In this document: positions 46,602 to 52,269 of the stretch, piece after piece
How positions within the stretch are numbered: position 1 is the stretch's first letter
Layout of the letters: each line of letters begins with the position of its first letter
NCBI GenBank assembly: GCA_037441385.1
Contig: JBBISH010000032.1
Coordinates: 1-52,269, forward strand
Source: Myxococcales bacterium
GTDB lineage: Bacteria > Myxococcota_A > UBA9042
Direction: 5' to 3'
Length of the DNA: 52,269 bases
The notes under the pieces: model-generated
Seen by the model: the letters and a program-made list of their open reading frames with translations, nothing else
The model's database searches: none
What the model was told of the DNA's origin: nothing
Position numbers and translations under genes: made by a program

Positions 46602-49600
46602 TTACAGATCGTAGGCCGCGACACCGTACCAGCCCGAGGGCACGTAGGCCTTGCCGCCAATCACTGCCACCCGCGGCGACCAGCCACCTTGGGTCGGCAG
46701 GAAGCTCTTGAACGTCGGCTGGGTCGGCACAGCCACGTCCCAGACGCTCATGCCCAGGCCGCCGCCCAGCTGCGCGAACAGCTTGCCCGTGTCCACCGTA
46801 AGCCAGCCGACGCCAGCGCCGGTATCCAGCGCGGCGCTCTGGCTCAGCTTGGCCAGGTCGGCGACGTTGTAGACCAGCAGCTTGGACTCGGGCAGCGCGC
46901 TCGCCGCGTTGGACTCTGCCTGCCACAGCCACCAGTAGGGCCAGGTCGCCACGTACACCGCGTCGCCGTGGCGCACCATCGCACCAGCCTGGTCGGGCAG
47001 CGTCACCGTCGACTGCAGGTAGGCCTTGCCGCCGCTGAGCTTCAGCCCGCACAGCACGTTTTGCACCTTGCCTTCGTCGGCCTTGCTCCCGGCCAGCGGC
47101 TGCCAGTCCAGGGTGACGGCGCTGTTGCCGTCGGCGCCCAGGCCCACCAGCCAGCCCGGCACGTTGATGGTGTCGACCAGCTTGGGTTGGGTCGGCTTGC
47201 TGATGTCGATGCGGTCCAGCCAGTACTGGCCGTACCACTGGCCGTCGCTGCCCTGCAAGCTGGTGTAATGCGTGAGGATCAGCTTGTTCCCGGCGATCTG
47301 CGGCTGGCTGGCCCAGCTCACGCCTTCCAGGTCCAGCTGGCTGCCCACCTTGGGCGAGTCGGGGTCGCTGAAGTCCACGGCCAGCACGCGGGTGGTGTAC
47401 TTGGGGTTCAGGTAGCAATTCCCGATGTCGGTCTTGCCGCTACTGCCACTGTCGACCCCGCCCGCGTCGGCGTAGCCGCCAGCGTCCATGTCCGGGGTGC
47501 CGCCGCCGCTGCCGGCGTCGTCTTGCTTGGGCATCCCCGCTCCGGCGGCGTCGGGCATGGCCGGATCCGTCGCAGTGCCCGCGTCGGCTTTGGCGGGCTC
47601 GGTGCTGCCGCCGTCGGCGCTGGGGTAGCAGTCGGCGCCGCTGGCCTGGGTGTAGCTGACGCTGGTACCCAAAAGGTAAAGCGTCGAGCCCTGTTGCGGC
47701 ACCTCCCAGCTGTTCCACCAGAATTGGCTGGTGCCGCCGCTGCCTTGGTTCGGGGCGGTCCAGGTGCCGCGGGCCTTGGGCGCGGCCGGACTGCTGACGT
47801 CGTAGGCGCGGATCGCTTGGTAATCCACGGCATAGACCAGGTTGCCGTTGGCGTACAGGCGGCCCCACTGCAGGTTGGTCTTCAGCTCGCCGTCGGGGTT
47901 CAGCTCATCGGTCGAGCCCGCCTTCAGCACGCGCAGCCACACCTGGCCGTCCTTCCACGACCGCACCAGCGCCACCGGTCGACCGCCCGCAGCCACCAAG
48001 TCCATGACTTCCGCGGCCAATTCCAGCGTCGCCAGCAGCTTGGGCTGATCCAGGTTGGCCACATCGACCAACTCCAGACCGGGGTTGGCGATGCGGACCA
48101 GCTTGTCGCCAGCGAGCAGGTTCTTGAGCTGATACCAGTAGGTGTAGCCCGACTGGAACAGCCCGCGCAGCTGCAAGTTGCCGGTCGCCCCCAGCGACAT
48201 CAGCTGCACGCCCATGGTGTAGTCGCCCGCCGCGACGTTCTTGGACAGCACGGGCACCGCCAGCAGCGCATCCGACAGCACCTGCACCTGCGAGCCGTAG
48301 TCCGAGGCAATCTTTTGCGAGCCGACCACCTTGGTGTCCGCCGGCGCGGTGGTGTCGATGACGCGCAGGGTCACGTCGCTCCAGTTGGCGGCACGGGTCC
48401 CCAAGAGCCAGCGATGATTGGTCAGATTGAGCAACTGGGCCGACCACAGATCCGTACCTTCGCCCGGCCACTGCACGTGGCTCGCCACCGTCAGGGTCGC
48501 CGGGTCGGCCAGGTCGATCACGTCCAGGTCGACGCTCAGCGTGGTGCCGCTGGGGCCCGTATCCTTGCCGCCTTCGTCGGTTGCGCCGTCGTCGGTCGCC
48601 GTGGCGCCCACGGCGATGCCGGCCGCCAGCAGCGCGACCTTGCCGTCGCTGGCCAGCAGCGCGCCGTAGTTGCCCACGGCCTTGGTCATCTTGCCGCCGG
48701 TCGCCCACTTGCCGGCGTCGACGTAGCGGACTTGCAGGCTGTACTGATAGCCGCCGCCGTTCTGCCAATTCTGCCGCGCCAGCAAGAACTTGCCGGCGCC
48801 CGTGCGCAGGGCCTGCACCACCACCGAGCTGGACGTATTGGTCCACGGCTGATCTTCACTCGTCGTGGCGGCCAGTTTGGGCAAGCCGTTCGAATCTAGC
48901 GAAACCTGATGCAGCCGCAGCGTGTAAGTGCCCGAGGTGTTGTCCCATTTCCAGCTCTGGCTGGCGATGAGGATCTCGCCGATCTGGATGTCGGCCGTCA
49001 TCACGCCGCCGGGGACTTCCACTTCGCCCAACTTGCTCAAGGCGCCGGCCTTGCTCAGATCCAGCACCACGATCTTGGTGGTGGGCGCGTCGATGCTGCC
49101 GGTGCCCCAGCCGCCCGGATAGGCGATCGACGAGTCCGACGAAGCCGCGCCGGTCGAGGCCGAGCCGCTGCCCGTGGCCCCGCCCGAAGAGGTCGCCGCG
49201 CCGCCGGCCTTGGCGCCGCCCATGCAGCCGTACGGGCCCCAGCAGCCCCAATACCAAGGATTCCAGCTGACTTGCGGCACCACCAGCACCAGCTTGTCGC
49301 CGATCCGCTTGCTTTGGGCGATGTAGCCGCCCAGATCCAGCGACGCGGTCTCGGCCGGCGTAGCGCCCAGGCCAATGCGCTTGACCTGGCTGCCGGCGGT
49401 CGCCACCGGCTTGCCGGCGACGTTATCCAGCTTGGCGACCTGCGAGACCAGCACCACCGCTTCGTTGCCGTCGATGTACATCTCGCGCGGGGTGCCGGTG
49501 CTGGCCACCCGCGCCTTCAGCTTGGGCTGCACGGGATTGCTCAGGTCGATGACCTGCAGGCCGCGCCACTGGTTCAGCACGTAGAGCTGCGTCCCCACCA

Positions 49601-49868
49601 GCTTGGCCACGTCGCCCTCTTCCACCTTGGTCGCGGCGCTGTCGTTTTGCGCGCCCGCAGTGGCGGCGCCGCTCTTGGACGCCTCGGCCGACAAGCTGGT
49701 CGACGAGCCGGGTTTGTACGATTGGAACGAACTTTTGCCGCTGGGAGTGGTCGAGGCAGGTTCGCTGTCGCAGCCGCCCAGCAACACGGCCGCCGCCAGC
49801 GCCAACCAGGACACAAGTCCCATCCGTCGGCGGTGGCGCAGGGCCATCTTGGGATGCATCGGGTTCAT
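46602..49868 (-). CDS. Large beta-propeller lipoprotein (Beta_propel/LVIVD-like repeats)
   Basis: Lipobox LGGC, VEEGDVAK, GLQVIDLSNP and many xxxxDxxxP repeats, Gly/Asp-rich inserts; AAGGAG RBS. Confidence 0.87.
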   Translation of the reverse strand: MNPMHPKMALRHRRRMGLVSWLALAAAVLLGGCDSEPASTTPSGKSSFQSYKPGSSTSLSAEASKSGAATAGAQNDSAATKVEEGDVAKLVGTQLYVLNQWRGLQVIDLSNPVQPKLKARVASTGTPREMYIDGNEAVVLVSQVAKLDNVAGKPVATAGSQVKRIGLGATPAETASLDLGGYIAQSKRIGDKLVLVVPQVSWNPWYWGCWGPYGCMGGAKAGGAATSSGGATGSGSASTGAASSDSSIAYPGGWGTGSIDAPTTKIVVLDLSKAGALSKLGEVEVPGGVMTADIQIGEILIASQSWKWDNTSGTYTLRLHQVSLDSNGLPKLAATTSEDQPWTNTSSSVVVQALRTGAGKFLLARQNWQNGGGYQYSLQVRYVDAGKWATGGKMTKAVGNYGALLASDGKVALLAAGIAVGATATDDGATDEGGKDTGPSGTTLSVDLDVIDLADPATLTVASHVQWPGEGTDLWSAQLLNLTNHRWLLGTRAANWSDVTLRVIDTTAPADTKVVGSQKIASDYGSQVQVLSDALLAVPVLSKNVAAGDYTMGVQLMSLGATGNLQLRGLFQSGYTYWYQLKNLLAGDKLVRIANPGLELVDVANLDQPKLLATLELAAEVMDLVAAGGRPVALVRSWKDGQVWLRVLKAGSTDELNPDGELKTNLQWGRLYANGNLVYAVDYQAIRAYDVSSPAAPKARGTWTAPNQGSGGTSQFWWNSWEVPQQGSTLYLLGTSVSYTQASGADCYPSADGGSTEPAKADAGTATDPAMPDAAGAGMPKQDDAGSGGGTPDMDAGGYADAGGVDSGSSGKTDIGNCYLNPKYTTRVLAVDFSDPDSPKVGSQLDLEGVSWASQPQIAGNKLILTHYTSLQGSDGQWYGQYWLDRIDISKPTQPKLVDTINVPGWLVGLGADGNSAVTLDWQPLAGSKADEGKVQNVLCGLKLSGGKAYLQSTVTLPDQAGAMVRHGDAVYVATWPYWWLWQAESNAASALPESKLLVYNVADLAKLSQSAALDTGAGVGWLTVDTGKLFAQLGGGLGMSVWDVAVPTQPTFKSFLPTQGGWSPRVAVIGGKAYVPSGWYGVAAYDL

Positions 49869-49936
49869 TTGGACTCCTTCCGGGCGGTACGGCCGCCAAA
49901 CACTGCGCGCCCCACGCGCGACCCATCCGGATACCA

Positions 49937-49953
49937 AGCAAGGATCGTGCCGA
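49937..49953 (-). promoter_or_regulatory. Putative sigma54 (-24/-12) promoter
   Basis: TCGGCACG-ATCC-TTGCT versus consensus YTGGCACG-N4-TTGCW; exact GG-N10-GC spacing. Confidence 0.65.
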
Positions 49954-50043
49954 CGGCGTGTCAATGCATGCAGTGGGATTTCTTAAAGAAGTCTGCCTGG
50001 TTGGTGCGACGGATGGCAGAAATTGTCCACATGTCGATTTTCT

Positions 50044-50973
50044 CTACACATCGCCCGTCGCGACCAGCGCGTCCACTGTCCCCGCCGCCGCGTCCGCGTC
50101 GTCCCACGGGTGATCGCGCGGCCCGGCGAGCACTTGCCCCAGCAGCCAGATTCGGTGCGGGTCGCGGCGGCGCGCGTCCAGCAGGGCCAGACGATCCGCT
50201 TGCAGATCGCCCAGATACAGCACGACGTCGCGGCCCAGGCGCTCGGCCAGGCGCAGCAGAGGCGCACCGTCGGGCTTGTGTGCACCGGTGTCCACCGCTT
50301 CGATGGCGGCGTGGTCCCCGGCGCGGCGAAGCGGGGCAAAGCGCTCGAACTCGCCAAGAACCATTTGGATTTCGGCGAAGGTCCGCCCCGAATAGACGCC
50401 GACGGGCCGCATCTCGCCGCTCTGGGCGTCCGCCAGCAGCCGATCGCGCCGGGCCAGACCAAGCACGCGCAGGCGCGGCCGCGTGCCAAAGACCCGCGCA
50501 ACCGCGGCCGAGCCCACATAGTGTTCGCGCACCAGGGCCAAGGCGGCCTCCAGGTTTTCGCGCTCGATCAACCACGCTTGTTGGGCCGGGTCCAGCCCTG
50601 CCAGCGCCGCGGGTCGCCAAGCGTCCAAGCGACCATCAGCCAACGCGGCCGCGATCCACCGCTCGGCAAAGCCTGGCGACGGCCCCTGCAAGTGCGCCCG
50701 CAGCAGCAGCCGCAGCAAGATCGCCGTCACCTCGGCCGGATCGTTGAAGCCGCGGTGGCGCTTGAGCAAGTGCACGGCCGCCACGCGCACCGGCGGGCGC
50801 TGCAGGCCCAAGTCCAGGCGAAAATACGATTCGATTCCACACAGATAGGCTTGGCGGTAGGTCGCCCGCACGTCGACGACCACGCCATCCAAGTCGTAGA
50901 TCAGCGCCGCCCGCCGGATCAGCTGCTGCCAATCCGCAAGCGGCATCTGGGTTTGCACGCCAAGCCTACCCAT
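50044..50973 (-). CDS. HAD-superfamily hydrolase (TIGR01548-like), candidate histidinol-phosphatase
   Basis: YDLDGVVVDVRATYR (DxD), GFND, YSGR, HKPDG, YLGDLQAD; overlaps the hisC stop. Confidence 0.82.
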   Translation of the reverse strand: MGRLGVQTQMPLADWQQLIRRAALIYDLDGVVVDVRATYRQAYLCGIESYFRLDLGLQRPPVRVAAVHLLKRHRGFNDPAEVTAILLRLLLRAHLQGPSPGFAERWIAAALADGRLDAWRPAALAGLDPAQQAWLIERENLEAALALVREHYVGSAAVARVFGTRPRLRVLGLARRDRLLADAQSGEMRPVGVYSGRTFAEIQMVLGEFERFAPLRRAGDHAAIEAVDTGAHKPDGAPLLRLAERLGRDVVLYLGDLQADRLALLDARRRDPHRIWLLGQVLAGPRDHPWDDADAAAGTVDALVATGDV

Positions 50974-52045
50974 GCCAGGCCTGCCGCACCGCCGCCAAGA
51001 GCTTGGTATTGGCCGCAGGCACGCCGATCGACAGCCGCAAACAGCCCGCCGCGCCGGGGAGATCGCCCACGTCGCGCACCGCCAGCTGGGCCTGCGCCAG
51101 TGCCGTCAGCACCGCCGGCCGCCGCTCGCCCAAGGCCGCGAGCAGGAAATTGCCATGGCTATCCAGCACATCTACACCAAGCGCTCGCAAGTCGGTCTGC
51201 AGCCGTTGCCGTTCGGCCACCACTGCGGCCACCCGCTGGCGGGCGCGCTCGCCGTGGCTCAGCGCTACTTCGGCCGCCACGGTCTGCAACACGCTGATGG
51301 GATAGGGAGGTTGCAGCTTGTCCAGCTGTGCCACTACCTCCGGCGAAGCCAGCAGGTAGCCCAGGCGCACCCCTGCCATGGCATAGGCCTTGGACAAAGT
51401 CCGCAAAATCGCAAGGTTGCTGTGACTGGCCAGCTCAGCCTGGCGCGTGCGACCGGCAAACTCGGCGTAGGCCTCGTCCAACACGATCGCGCCGGGAAAC
51501 TCGGCGATCAGCCGGTCGATGGCCGCGTCGGCATACAAGCTGCCGGTGGGGTTGTTGGGGTTGCTGAGCACGAGCAGGGCCGGCCCGCTGCCCGCCGCCG
51601 CCAAAATGCCGTTCACGTCCAAGGTGTAGTCCGCGCCCACTCGCCGCAACGGCACCCGTCGCACCGGCAGCCCGGCCAACTGGGCCGATCGGCCGTGCAC
51701 GTAGTAGTCCGGCTCGACCAGGATCACCGCCGTCCCCGGCGCCAGCGCAAACATCAGCCGCGCGATCAGGTCGTTGGCGCCGTGCCCGACCGCCACGCCC
51801 GCCAGCGGCTGCCCGGTCGCCGCAGCCAGCGCCTGGCGCACGCCCGCTCCGTCGGGGTCGACATAGCGGTGCCAAGGCAACTGAGCCAAACGGCTCAGGA
51901 TCTCGGCCTTCAGATCGGCGTCCAGGTCGTCCGGCGCCTCGTTGTGGTTCAGCTTGATTTCGCCAGGCGTTTTGGGGACATAACTGGTCCGGTAGCTGGC
52001 TGCCGCCGCCACCGCTGCCGCCCAAGGCCAGCTCGCCGCGGTCAC
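50966..52045 (-). CDS. hisC: Histidinol-phosphate aminotransferase
   Basis: IKLNHNE, HRY, GHGAND, SNPNNPTG, LDEAYAEF, RTLSKAYAMAGVRLGY, GNFLL, LRLSIG; GTG start inferred. Confidence 0.88.
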   Translation of the reverse strand: MTAASWPWAAAVAAAASYRTSYVPKTPGEIKLNHNEAPDDLDADLKAEILSRLAQLPWHRYVDPDGAGVRQALAAATGQPLAGVAVGHGANDLIARLMFALAPGTAVILVEPDYYVHGRSAQLAGLPVRRVPLRRVGADYTLDVNGILAAAGSGPALLVLSNPNNPTGSLYADAAIDRLIAEFPGAIVLDEAYAEFAGRTRQAELASHSNLAILRTLSKAYAMAGVRLGYLLASPEVVAQLDKLQPPYPISVLQTVAAEVALSHGERARQRVAAVVAERQRLQTDLRALGVDVLDSHGNFLLAALGERRPAVLTALAQAQLAVRDVGDLPGAAGCLRLSIGVPAANTKLLAAVRQAWHG

Positions 52046-52054
52046 GGCCGCACC

Positions 52055-52269
52055 GTGGCCACCGCCCCCGCCCCGGCGAACTGGCATGCCATCGTCACCT
52101 ACGCCAACAAGAAGCGGGGCACCGACTTCAGCGCCATCCGCGCCGCCCTGCCGCCCCTCTCCACCAAGAGCGGCCAGCCGACCGGCGCGGTGCGCGGCGC
52201 GGTCAACGCCCTGCAGAAGCTGCTGAAGCAGTACCACCCGACGCACATCGCGGTGGTGTTCGACCCGCC
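52055..52269 (+). CDS. polA: Partial DNA polymerase I 5'-3' exonuclease-like fragment (abnormal N-terminus, cut by the right edge)
   Basis: Manual translation ...ALPPLSTKSGQPTGAVRGAVNALQKLLKQYHPTHIAVVFDP matches the PolA N-terminus, but the preceding LLVDGxSYxYRA motif is missing. Confidence 0.6.
   Translation, partial: MATAPAPANWHAIVTYANKKRGTDFSAIRAALPPLSTKSGQPTGAVRGAVNALQKLLKQYHPTHIAVVFDP

Overview
High-GC bacterial chromosome segment, probably from Myxococcota or a related deltaproteobacterium. This is inferred from a MYXO-CTERM-like tail, Asp/Ala/Gly-rich lipoproteins, a zinc-ribbon/TPR protein and a Ser/Thr kinase. It holds about 35 real genes; most ORFs in the supplied track are GC-rich shadow frames. 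Housekeeping genes: xerD (cut by the left edge), mutS, selB, mfd, bcp, serC, cysS, gyrA, hisC, plus a polA-like fragment at the right edge that looks chimeric. No rRNA, tRNA, CRISPR array or mobile element was recognised. Points worth following up: (1) a four-gene minus-strand module (28870-34566) in which two colinear His-motif beta-propeller lipoprotein paralogues bracket an FAD oxidoreductase and a two-domain gamma-glutamylcyclotransferase, with a 570-bp low-GC spacer carrying a Pho-box-like repeat; (2) an SRPBCC/DUF5939-like/inactive-cyclase/Ser-Thr kinase fusion; (3) several full-length apparent pseudo-enzymes (M20, ROK, GT2, cyclase); (4) a 21-bp-period triple repeat, a sigma54 promoter and other regulatory DNA. 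All family calls come from motif recognition by eye; no database search was run.
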